64,000 bases of DNA from a virus, in IMG/VR virus record IMGVR_UViG_3300026097_000008, positions 1 through 64,000 of that record; one strand, given 5' to 3'. Every line of letters starts with the position of its first letter. Position 1 is the stretch's first letter. A model generated the notes under the pieces. That model was not told the DNA's origin. It ran no database searches and saw nothing but the letters and a program-made list of their open reading frames with translations. The position numbers and the translations under genes were made by a program. This document shows positions 55,983 to 64,000 of this stretch, one piece after another.

Positions 55983-56198
55983 TTAGCGTTGGCTGTCAAG
56001 TATTTTTTTAGCTTCTCGTTCTTTCCAGGCTGCTTCAAAGCCTATTGCATGTATATGTGCTTCATGATTGCCCCATAAGCGAGCAAAATAACTATCGTAA
56101 GTTTTTTTAATGTCTTCTTCTTTCCATGATTCCGGAATAAGCTGGCCTTTTACCATCCAGTATAAACGGTTTGCTTCTTTGAGTTGAAATTGTGTCAT
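55983..56198 (-). CDS. Hypothetical protein
   Basis: TAAATA 5 nt before the ATG. Confidence 0.7.
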   Translation of the reverse strand: MTQFQLKEANRLYWMVKGQLIPESWKEEDIKKTYDSYFARLWGNHEAHIHAIGFEAAWKEREAKKILDSQR

Positions 56199-56236
56199 GC
56201 TAATATTTACTGTATAGTAAAATTATAGCGTTAACA

Positions 56237-57223
56237 TTAGCCTATAGTAAAGCCATATCCTGTGCCGCCAGCAACTGCTAGGCTTACTTCGTTTTCTAGC
56301 TTTTCCATTTCGCCCTGAGCTTCGGCTTTTAGACTGGAACCATTTAAACTTGTACCGCCTTGTGGCCCTGCAATAGTAGCAAATTTTTCTCTTGCTTCTC
56401 CTAGCATATATTTACAGCTTGCAAGTGTGTAATCTTTAATCCATTGTTTTGCCATATAGTCATCTAAAAGACTTAGATCAGGTCTATAGTTATAACAATA
56501 AAGCATAATAGTTTCTTCTGCTCTAGGACGCTGCAACAGAGTAAGTTTTTTACTAGTGGTATTCCATTTAAATTCTATAAAACTTCCGAACATACGTCCT
56601 ACTAATTCTTGATACTGGCTAAAGAAGTCATAGGTTGCAAGTCCGCCCATGCTTGAACTTGAAAGTAGATATGCATTTGTATACGCTAGGTTAAAAGGAT
56701 CAAATAAACTGCCGCCGCCACTTTCGCCCGAAGCATATAATTTTACAGATATAACATCTCCAGGAGTTTGTGGACTAGTAAATGTTATTGTTCTTTGTGT
56801 AGTATCAGTTGCGTATTGTGTAGTAGCATTACCATTTACTTCTACTACAATTGTGTCTACAGCTAAAAGATTATAATTTACTGTAAAAGTTTGATTTTGA
56901 CTTTGTGTGACTGTATATGTTTGGGAGTATAGTGGTCCTCCGCTAGCACTTGTACTAGGTCTTGATCCTATACTTCGACGAAAGATTTTTCTAACTTCTA
57001 CAACTTCATTAGGTAATGTGTATTCATTTTGATCTATAACAGTTTCCATAAACAAATATGATTCTTCTACGGAATTATCACTACGTTGTCTATACCGTGT
57101 TAGAGCTTTTGTAAGTGCAGTTTCATAATGAACTGGATCTAATTCAACGTCGACCATGCCGCCGCCTAGTAGTGCATAAACATAATCATATACTTCTTGC
57201 TTTTTTGTCTGTAAATCTGCCAT
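56237..57223 (-). CDS. Neck protein gp13-like
   Basis: LGGGMVDVEL, WIKDY.LA, GPQGG..LNG; start ATG 57223. Confidence 0.85.
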   Translation of the reverse strand: MADLQTKKQEVYDYVYALLGGGMVDVELDPVHYETALTKALTRYRQRSDNSVEESYLFMETVIDQNEYTLPNEVVEVRKIFRRSIGSRPSTSASGGPLYSQTYTVTQSQNQTFTVNYNLLAVDTIVVEVNGNATTQYATDTTQRTITFTSPQTPGDVISVKLYASGESGGGSLFDPFNLAYTNAYLLSSSSMGGLATYDFFSQYQELVGRMFGSFIEFKWNTTSKKLTLLQRPRAEETIMLYCYNYRPDLSLLDDYMAKQWIKDYTLASCKYMLGEAREKFATIAGPQGGTSLNGSSLKAEAQGEMEKLENEVSLAVAGGTGYGFTIG

Positions 57224-57266
57224 AGAGTTTCTCCGTACAGTATTTATGTTAACGATAAATATGTAT

Positions 57267-58403
57267 ATGCCAAGACTATCATTATATAAACCAGAACGCG
57301 GCAACGACTACGCATTTATAGACAAGCAAGTTCTTGAGATGTTTACTGTTGGCGGAACTGACATACACGTACACAAGTACCTAGGAACAGAAAATCCTAG
57401 CGATGCTGATGCAACAGCCGATCAACCACAATACGATGCTGTTGCAACAACTAATATACAAGACCTGTTATTTTTAGAAAATAGGGATAGAAAATACGAT
57501 CCTGACGTATACACAATGCGTGGTATCTATAATGTATCAGACATAGATTTTGATCTTAGTGCGTTTGGTATGTTTCTTAGTAATGATACACTATTTTTAA
57601 CAATACACATCAATAGTTCAGTTAAAACTCTTGGCAGAAAAATTATTTCAGGCGATGTAGTTGAGCTACCGCATTTAAAAGACGAATATGCACTTAATGA
57701 TTACAGTGTGGCACTCAAAAGATTTTATGTTGTAGAAGATGTTAATCGTGCAGCAGAAGGATTTAGTCAAACTTGGTATCCGCACTTGTACAGATTAAAA
57801 CTAAAACAAATTGTTGACAGTCAAGAATTCAAAGAAATACTGGATCTACCTGCAGAAGAAGATGTGCCAGGTGGTAATACATTACGCGATTTGCTTTCTA
57901 CCTACGACAAAGAAATGCAGATCAATAACGCTGTAATTGCACAAGCAGAAGCAGACAGTGCAAAGGCAGGCTACGATACTAGTCATTACTTTAGTTTACA
58001 GCTAGATGAAAATGGCAATACACAGGTACAAGACACCGATTCAGATGGATTGCCAGATGAAATGACTAGTGTAGATAGGGAAGGTTATAACGGATACTTG
58101 TTAGGAGACGGTATTCCAACAAATGGTGCACCATTTGGGCACGGCATTCAATTTCCTAGTGTAGTTGAAACAGGAGATTACTTCCTAAGAACAGACTTTG
58201 CTCCTACAAGACTGTTTAGATATGACGGGAATCGTTGGGTGAAACAAGAAGACAATGTGCGTATGACGCTAAGTAATACAAACACAAGAAGTACACAAAA
58301 AGGTACGTTTGTTAACAATACAAATACAAGTGAAATTGGCGGCGAGTCAACGGAAGAGCGTCAAAGTTTAAGTCAAGCACTAAGACCTAAGGCAGATAAC
58401 TGA
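57267..58403 (+). CDS. Neck protein gp14-like
   Basis: LSAFG, GDVVELP, YRLK; position next to gp13. Confidence 0.7.
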   Translation: MPRLSLYKPERGNDYAFIDKQVLEMFTVGGTDIHVHKYLGTENPSDADATADQPQYDAVATTNIQDLLFLENRDRKYDPDVYTMRGIYNVSDIDFDLSAFGMFLSNDTLFLTIHINSSVKTLGRKIISGDVVELPHLKDEYALNDYSVALKRFYVVEDVNRAAEGFSQTWYPHLYRLKLKQIVDSQEFKEILDLPAEEDVPGGNTLRDLLSTYDKEMQINNAVIAQAEADSAKAGYDTSHYFSLQLDENGNTQVQDTDSDGLPDEMTSVDREGYNGYLLGDGIPTNGAPFGHGIQFPSVVETGDYFLRTDFAPTRLFRYDGNRWVKQEDNVRMTLSNTNTRSTQKGTFVNNTNTSEIGGESTEERQSLSQALRPKADN

Positions 58404-59590
58404 TGAGATATAAAGATTTAAAAATCGTAGAGCAAATACTTATTGAACAGCCAACACAAATGTGTAGGATGCTTAAACGGGCTGCAAAAGAAAAAGATCG
58501 TGTTAATATGAATCTTGCAATTAGCACTAGAGACAATTATTTAAAATCTTATCCTCAACATACAGATTATTTAATGAGTTGTTCTGCAGGTATGGGTACA
58601 GGTGTAGGCAACGGCACTGGTACAGGAGATGTCGGTGACGGCACAGGTACAGGTAAGGACGGATTTGGTCCAGGCAAGGGAGATTCAGGTTTAGGTACAG
58701 GCGACAGTCAAGGACCAGGCAGCGGCACAGTGCCAGGATCTCCGGGTGACGGTGCAGGCCAAGGAGACCGTGCAGGTTCGGGCGAAGGTCCTAGCGAAGG
58801 TCCAGGTAAACCGGAAGGATCAGAGGACGGCGCAGGTGCAGCAGAAACTCAAAGAAAAGTGGATGAAGTAGAGCAAGCAATTCAAGATGGCGACTATCAA
58901 GGTGCCAAAGATATTATTGAAAATAATCCAGATGTTGCAGAAGCAATGCCTGATAGCCTCGAACAAGCAATTGATGATTTAATCATAGCTCAAGAACAAA
59001 AACAAGAAGCTGAACGTCGACGAGAAGAGGCTGAAACTAAACGCAAAGAACAAGAAGAAAAAGCTAGAGAAGCTGAAGAAGAACGGGAAGCAGCAGAACA
59101 AAGAGCTACAGAAGCACGTGAGCAAGAAGCTAGAGAGCGCGAGGCTAAAGAGCGCAGAGCTAAACAAGAAGAACGCGAAGCTGCAGAACGTGAAGCAGAA
59201 GCAAGGCGCGAACAAGAAGAAGAAGCTCGTAAAGCTGAAAAAGCGGCTGCTGAAGCTGAGCGTAAGAGACGTGAAGAAGCTGAGCGAAGAGCAGAAGAGG
59301 AGGCAGAACGCAAAGCTGCTGAAGAAGCTCGCAAGAAACGTGAAGAAGCTGAGGAAAAACGTAAAGCGGAAGAAGCTCGCAAGAAACGTGAAGAAGCTGA
59401 ACGTGCAAGAAAAGAAGCTGAACGTGCAGAGCGTGAAAGAGAAGCGGCTGAGCAAGCACGTAAAGAAGCAGAAGAAGCAGCTCGCAGAGAAGAAGAACGC
59501 AGACAAAAAGAAACTCCACCAGCAGAACAACCAGGACAGGGTGGTAGCGATCAAGATGTTATTATTATTGACGAGCCATGGGAAGACTAA
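58403..59590 (+). CDS. Low-complexity protein (Gly-rich segment plus E/R/K/A charged helix)
   Basis: GTG/GDG repeats, then ~170 aa of EAERK. Confidence 0.8.
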   Translation: MRYKDLKIVEQILIEQPTQMCRMLKRAAKEKDRVNMNLAISTRDNYLKSYPQHTDYLMSCSAGMGTGVGNGTGTGDVGDGTGTGKDGFGPGKGDSGLGTGDSQGPGSGTVPGSPGDGAGQGDRAGSGEGPSEGPGKPEGSEDGAGAAETQRKVDEVEQAIQDGDYQGAKDIIENNPDVAEAMPDSLEQAIDDLIIAQEQKQEAERRREEAETKRKEQEEKAREAEEEREAAEQRATEAREQEAREREAKERRAKQEEREAAEREAEARREQEEEARKAEKAAAEAERKRREEAERRAEEEAERKAAEEARKKREEAEEKRKAEEARKKREEAERARKEAERAEREREAAEQARKEAEEAARREEERRQKETPPAEQPGQGGSDQDVIIIDEPWED

Positions 59591-60738
59591 TGAAACTAAG
59601 AGATTTATTAAGAGAACAAGAAGAGCCGCAAGCTTATAGAGTAGCTATAGAATTAGATAGTGGTACTATAGTTCTTACTGTGCCTATTCCTATGACGGCT
59701 TTACAACGAGAAGACATAGAAGAAAGACTGAAAGCGTACATAGAGAAACATAAAGCTACATATAATATCGATGACACTTCTTTTAGTGTATGGTATCCAG
59801 TAGACGATGAAAATAACAAAGTAGAATTACCAGATGTAGATCTGCCTGACGTAGAAATTACAGAGCCATCTGATGTCGGCACCAAGGAGCCGAAACGTAA
59901 TGTTGCTACTCCGGGAGAGTCAGATCCTGTAGAAGAGCCAGAAGCTCAGAAGCCTGAAGCAGAGCCTGAAGTGCGTTCGTCGGGCGGTGTAAGATATGTC
60001 TCGCAAATGCAATCTTGGGCTGAACGATATAATAGAAATAATGACAATCAATGGCCACGTATGAATGGATACGGTGATCTTGTTGACGAAGAAGGTAATG
60101 TAGTAGGATCTATTGATGATGTGGTAGAGGATAATCCAGAATTACTAGGTCGTGCGCCACAGGATGAGCGCACTCAACAAATTTTACAAGGTGACGATGA
60201 CGGCGACGGTATAATAGACGATACAGGAGAGCCTGTTAAAATCCAAACAGATATGTATGATATACCTGATGCCAGCGACATACAACGGGCAAGAGAGTTT
60301 CAAGCAGAAGTAGACGCAAAATTTGGTGGCGGTGCCGATGGAGACACAGGTGACGAAGGTGTTAGCGGAGAAGAAGGTGCTGTCACAGGCGAGCAACGAG
60401 CAGAAATACCTAGTATTATTGAAGAATTAAGAGATGCAATGCAGGGACCGGGCACAAGTGAAGGTCAAATGATAGATGCATTAAAAAGAATTGGATCTCC
60501 TGCTCATCTAGAAGCTGTTGTACAAATGTACAGACAAGAGTACGGCGATAGCTTGCCGCAAGATATGATAGACGAGTTTAAATACGATCTAGGAGGTAAT
60601 AATGCAGCACAGGTTGAAGAAATTAACCGTGTGATGCGTCCGTTAGGCTGGGAAATAGTGGGTATGAGATATTCTACAATGAGATGGCAAAAAATTCCCG
60701 GAGTTGAAGTTGAAATCACGCCAGCAGGTGAAGAATAA
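59590..60738 (+). CDS. Acidic protein with C-terminal annexin-like repeat
   Basis: LRDAMQGPGTSE...YRQEYGDSL..DM..E; start ATG 59590. Confidence 0.75.
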   Translation: MKLRDLLREQEEPQAYRVAIELDSGTIVLTVPIPMTALQREDIEERLKAYIEKHKATYNIDDTSFSVWYPVDDENNKVELPDVDLPDVEITEPSDVGTKEPKRNVATPGESDPVEEPEAQKPEAEPEVRSSGGVRYVSQMQSWAERYNRNNDNQWPRMNGYGDLVDEEGNVVGSIDDVVEDNPELLGRAPQDERTQQILQGDDDGDGIIDDTGEPVKIQTDMYDIPDASDIQRAREFQAEVDAKFGGGADGDTGDEGVSGEEGAVTGEQRAEIPSIIEELRDAMQGPGTSEGQMIDALKRIGSPAHLEAVVQMYRQEYGDSLPQDMIDEFKYDLGGNNAAQVEEINRVMRPLGWEIVGMRYSTMRWQKIPGVEVEITPAGEE

Positions 60739-62279
60739 TGCAGCACTTTTATGACGGACAAATAAGACGCTACATAACTCAGATTGTTCGTCTAATGAGC
60801 AACTTCAGTTATAAAGACGGCAAGGGTAATTTAACAGAAATACCTGTGATGTATGGTGATCTTACACGTCAGGTTGCAAATATTATACGTGAAAACTCTG
60901 AAAATAAGATTCCTAGTGCTCCTAGAATGGCTGTGTATGTCACAGGCATTGAGCAAGATCTCGCTCGCATGGCCGATTCAAGTTATGTTAATAAATTAAA
61001 CATTAGAGAACGTGCATATGATGCATCAGGTCAAGAATATCTTAACACAGAAGGTAAAAATTACACAGTAGAAAGATTAATGCCTACTCCTTATCAATTA
61101 AGTTTAAATGTAGACATATGGAGCAGCAACACAGATCAAAAATTACAGATACTTGAACAAATTTTAATGTTGTTTAACCCAAGTTTAGAAATTCAAACCA
61201 CTGACAACTACGTTGATTGGACAAGTTTAAGTGTGGTTAACCTTACCGGAACTACATTTAGTAGTAGGACTATACCTGCAGGTGTTGATAGTGAAATTGA
61301 TATTGCTACACTTAACTTTCAAACACCTATTTGGATAAGTCCTCCGGTCAAAGTTAAGAAACTGGGCGTAATTACAACAATTATACAAAGTATCTTTAAC
61401 GAAAGTGCAGGAACAATAGAAGTAGACCTGTCAAGGCCCACACTGCAAGCATATCAAGATAAAAATTATCCCGAAGCTGATGTGAGAACGGCACTTAGTA
61501 ATGATAAAACTGTCACTACTCCAGGTACTGATGTCAATAGCGTAGTATACACAACTCCAACAGATGGCATACAACAAATCGTAGACGATCCACAATCTGC
61601 AAAAACTGATGCAGATGTAGTTATTAGTACTAGTCATGATAATTATAACTTGCTTGTTCTAGAAGGAACAGCAAAACTTGTTAGGAAAGGTGTAGTAGGA
61701 GCAGAAACCTGGTTAGGGTATTTAAAATCTATGCCATTTGATTTCGAAGGTACAGGAACAATGAATGGTACTGAGCTAAGATTACTACGTACTGACTGGG
61801 ATACTGAAATTGTAGGATATGTTCAAGTTAATCCGACAGATCCGACTGAGCTAGTTGTCAATTGGGACGACGATACATTGCCTGCCGACACTGTTTTCCA
61901 TGGTCCTAACGGTGATCGTAATAAAATCGACTATATTATAGACCCTCAGCGTACCAACCCTGAAGGATTAAAGAGCCAAAACCCAAGAATATTGCTACTA
62001 GGTGATATAAACAACAGTGCAAGTGTAGGGGATAGCTTCTACGACGGACCAGATGCATGGAAAAACGCCGATGGTACAGACTTTGTAGCAAATGCTAATG
62101 ACATTGTTGAGTGGGACGGTAATAATTGGTCAATTGTATTCGATGCTAGCGAAGACGATAGTACTATTGTATACACTACTAACCTAAATACTGGTGTTCA
62201 ATACAAATATGACCAAGATGAATGGATACTTTCGTACGATGGTGAATATCCAGTTGGGACCTGGCGCTTAGAATTCTAA
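60738..62279 (+). CDS. Tail sheath stabiliser/completion protein gp15-like
   Basis: HFYD..IRRY, IPVMYG, PRM, PTPY.L, LQILEQI..FNP. Confidence 0.88.
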   Translation: MQHFYDGQIRRYITQIVRLMSNFSYKDGKGNLTEIPVMYGDLTRQVANIIRENSENKIPSAPRMAVYVTGIEQDLARMADSSYVNKLNIRERAYDASGQEYLNTEGKNYTVERLMPTPYQLSLNVDIWSSNTDQKLQILEQILMLFNPSLEIQTTDNYVDWTSLSVVNLTGTTFSSRTIPAGVDSEIDIATLNFQTPIWISPPVKVKKLGVITTIIQSIFNESAGTIEVDLSRPTLQAYQDKNYPEADVRTALSNDKTVTTPGTDVNSVVYTTPTDGIQQIVDDPQSAKTDADVVISTSHDNYNLLVLEGTAKLVRKGVVGAETWLGYLKSMPFDFEGTGTMNGTELRLLRTDWDTEIVGYVQVNPTDPTELVVNWDDDTLPADTVFHGPNGDRNKIDYIIDPQRTNPEGLKSQNPRILLLGDINNSASVGDSFYDGPDAWKNADGTDFVANANDIVEWDGNNWSIVFDASEDDSTIVYTTNLNTGVQYKYDQDEWILSYDGEYPVGTWRLEF

Positions 62280-62292
62280 TATAATTAATAGT

Positions 62293-62730
62293 ATGAGTGA
62301 AGAAACTATTGTATGTAGTGGTGCACTGGTCTATGCCCTTGATACTAGACGCTTTTTGTTCTTACATAGAGCACAAGGCAAGAGATCTAACCTATGGGGA
62401 CTAGTAGGAGGTACTAATGAAGGTGCTGAAACTCCGTGGGAAGGCTTACAACGTGAAATTTTTGAAGAAATTGGTGAAATTTCTATAAAAAAGACCATAC
62501 CATTAGAGACATTCGTGTCTAATGATAGTAAATTTCTATTTCATACCTACCTTTGTGTAGTTGATACAGAGTTTTTGCCTAAACTTAACATTGAACACAA
62601 CGGATATGCATGGACTGAGTTTAATAAGTGGCCAAAACCTTTACATCATGGATTAAAAAATACGCTATCTAATAAAATTAACCTTACAAAATTAGAAACA
62701 GTATTTAAAGTAATAGACCTGTTGGAGTAA
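62293..62730 (+). CDS. Nudix hydrolase
   Basis: GGTNEGAETPWEGLQREIFEEIG Nudix box. Confidence 0.88.
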   Translation: MSEETIVCSGALVYALDTRRFLFLHRAQGKRSNLWGLVGGTNEGAETPWEGLQREIFEEIGEISIKKTIPLETFVSNDSKFLFHTYLCVVDTEFLPKLNIEHNGYAWTEFNKWPKPLHHGLKNTLSNKINLTKLETVFKVIDLLE

Positions 62731-62732
62731 TA

Positions 62733-63092
62733 ATGAAAGATAACACAGTTATTGAAAATGATTGGGGCAAAGAAATTATTTGGGCAAATTACAGTACTCA
62801 TGGTTGTAAAATTATGCTCTTTGAAAAACAAGGAGGCAAAACTCCGTTCTATTTTAATAAAACAATGGAAAAAACATGGTTTATTAATCACGGTGTATTT
62901 GTTATAAGATGGGTAGATACAGATGACGGTAAAATGTATCAACAAGAACTAAAAGAAGGTTCGGTCTTTCACGTAGAAACATTAAAACCCTGTTCTATTG
63001 AATGTACAAGCATAAACGGAAGTATTACTGAATCTAATAGTGGCATTGTAGAGAATGATGTGTATATAACTTTAGATAGGACACACTTTTGA
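62733..63092 (+). CDS. Cupin-like protein
   Basis: WGKEIIW...EKTWF..HG. Confidence 0.7.
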   Translation: MKDNTVIENDWGKEIIWANYSTHGCKIMLFEKQGGKTPFYFNKTMEKTWFINHGVFVIRWVDTDDGKMYQQELKEGSVFHVETLKPCSIECTSINGSITESNSGIVENDVYITLDRTHF

Positions 63093-63343
63093 TGTTAAAA
63101 ATTAGCCAAAGTCGACAATTTAAAAAAGATATAAAGAAATTTAAGCAAGGTGCAAAGAAAATAACAAATCCATTCTTGCAAAAAGAGTATGATGAGCTAC
63201 TAATAAGGTTTATTGATCAATGTAATATTATAGATAACGCCCATAGCTCGGAATATAATGGAAATATAGATCCAAGAACCATAAGAGATAATGTTATGGA
63301 AATGTCTTTTTTACGAGAAAAATTAAATAGCTTATTAAATTAA
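63089..63343 (+). CDS. Hypothetical protein
   Basis: Coupled ORF. Confidence 0.65.
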   Translation: MMLKISQSRQFKKDIKKFKQGAKKITNPFLQKEYDELLIRFIDQCNIIDNAHSSEYNGNIDPRTIRDNVMEMSFLREKLNSLLN

Positions 63344-64000
63344 GCTTAATCTTTTAACCACGATAGCTCCTACCATAGGAGCATGTGCTGTACACACATA
63401 TCTGTAAGTGCCGCTAAAGGATTCTGGAATTCTCCAATACAGATGTCCTCTGTCAGGATCATGGCTTGCACCGTCTACAACTTGTTCTGTCACATTTCCA
63501 TTATCGCTTACATGAAAAACTCCAGTTGGCAACGGATTGCCTACTGAATCTTGAATTTCTGTAGGATGGCCTGCTGCTTGAGATAAATCAAAACAAATAG
63601 TTGTACCAGATATTGCATATATTGTTGGATTTTGGCCTGAATAATGACTATTGAACTCGTATGCTGTAAATCCTACTGCTGTTGTTCTCAAAGTGACAAT
63701 TGCATGTTCAAATTGACTGTCTATTGTTAATCCTGCTGAATTTGCATCTGTCAAATCTCTAAATCTTTCTGCGCCAGCAACTATATTACTAGAAATAGTG
63801 ATAGTATCTGTCGAAGCGTCTGTTAACATACTAATACCATTACCTGGAACAAAAGTTAATGTATCTGTTGTTGTATCAGCTGATATAGTTGTTTGTGAAG
63901 GAACAGTGTTTACAGCAATATTACTAAATGCATTTTGATTAGCATCTCCGCCACCGCCTCCTGTGGCAGGATCTGCTGGAACCCAATTTGATCCATTCCA
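63335..64000 (-). CDS. Virion/tail-fibre-like protein with C-terminal cupredoxin-like motif (5' end outside window)
   Basis: Frame open to the window edge (WNGSNWVP); GHP...YVCTAHAPMVG. Confidence 0.75.
   Translation of the reverse strand, partial: WNGSNWVPADPATGGGGGDANQNAFSNIAVNTVPSQTTISADTTTDTLTFVPGNGISMLTDASTDTITISSNIVAGAERFRDLTDANSAGLTIDSQFEHAIVTLRTTAVGFTAYEFNSHYSGQNPTIYAISGTTICFDLSQAAGHPTEIQDSVGNPLPTGVFHVSDNGNVTEQVVDGASHDPDRGHLYWRIPESFSGTYRYVCTAHAPMVGAIVVKRLSLI

Noticed and set aside
46412-59639. Repetitive alternate-frame ORFs (MQLIQEEIK..., WICCWW..., FFFS...)
   Set aside because: Off-frame or antisense translations of the tandem repeat and the ER/K tract.

Overview
This window is a fragment of a large T4-related (Tevenvirinae-like/jumbo-type) myophage genome. 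The host is probably a gammaproteobacterium, because the dif arms are identical to E. coli's. 1-480 is a non-coding block packed with host chromosome-protein sites: 5 DnaA boxes, IHF consensus sites and XerC/D dif-like sites. 500-11,200 is an early/host-takeover module with 22 + strand sigma70 promoters and 1 convergent one, small ORFs, 3 tRNAs and an AAA+ ATPase. 12.2-29.4 kb holds replication genes (two DnaE-like ORFs, helicase, primase, clamp-loader subunit, UvsW) plus carbamoyltransferase, KdsA, KdsB, MetK and methyltransferases. 29.4-38.4 kb is a glycosylation/tailoring cluster, and 38.4-41.2 kb holds UvsY, UvsX and gp32. 41.3-64 kb holds terminase, candidate internal head proteins, tail tube, tail sheath, neck and tail-completion genes. 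The best novel candidate is a matched RNA lock-and-key: 18 promoter-proximal early genes share a non-canonical GAGGGC ribosome-binding motif, and the phage encodes five stem-loops that display the exact complement GCCCUC in their loops (four in tandem at 8541-8713, one at 6270-6322). Two other strong signals are the DnaA/IHF/dif terminal element and a ~2.5 kb tract of first early genes almost free of TC and CC on the coding strand. All counts are manual, and protein family calls come from motif recognition, not database searches.
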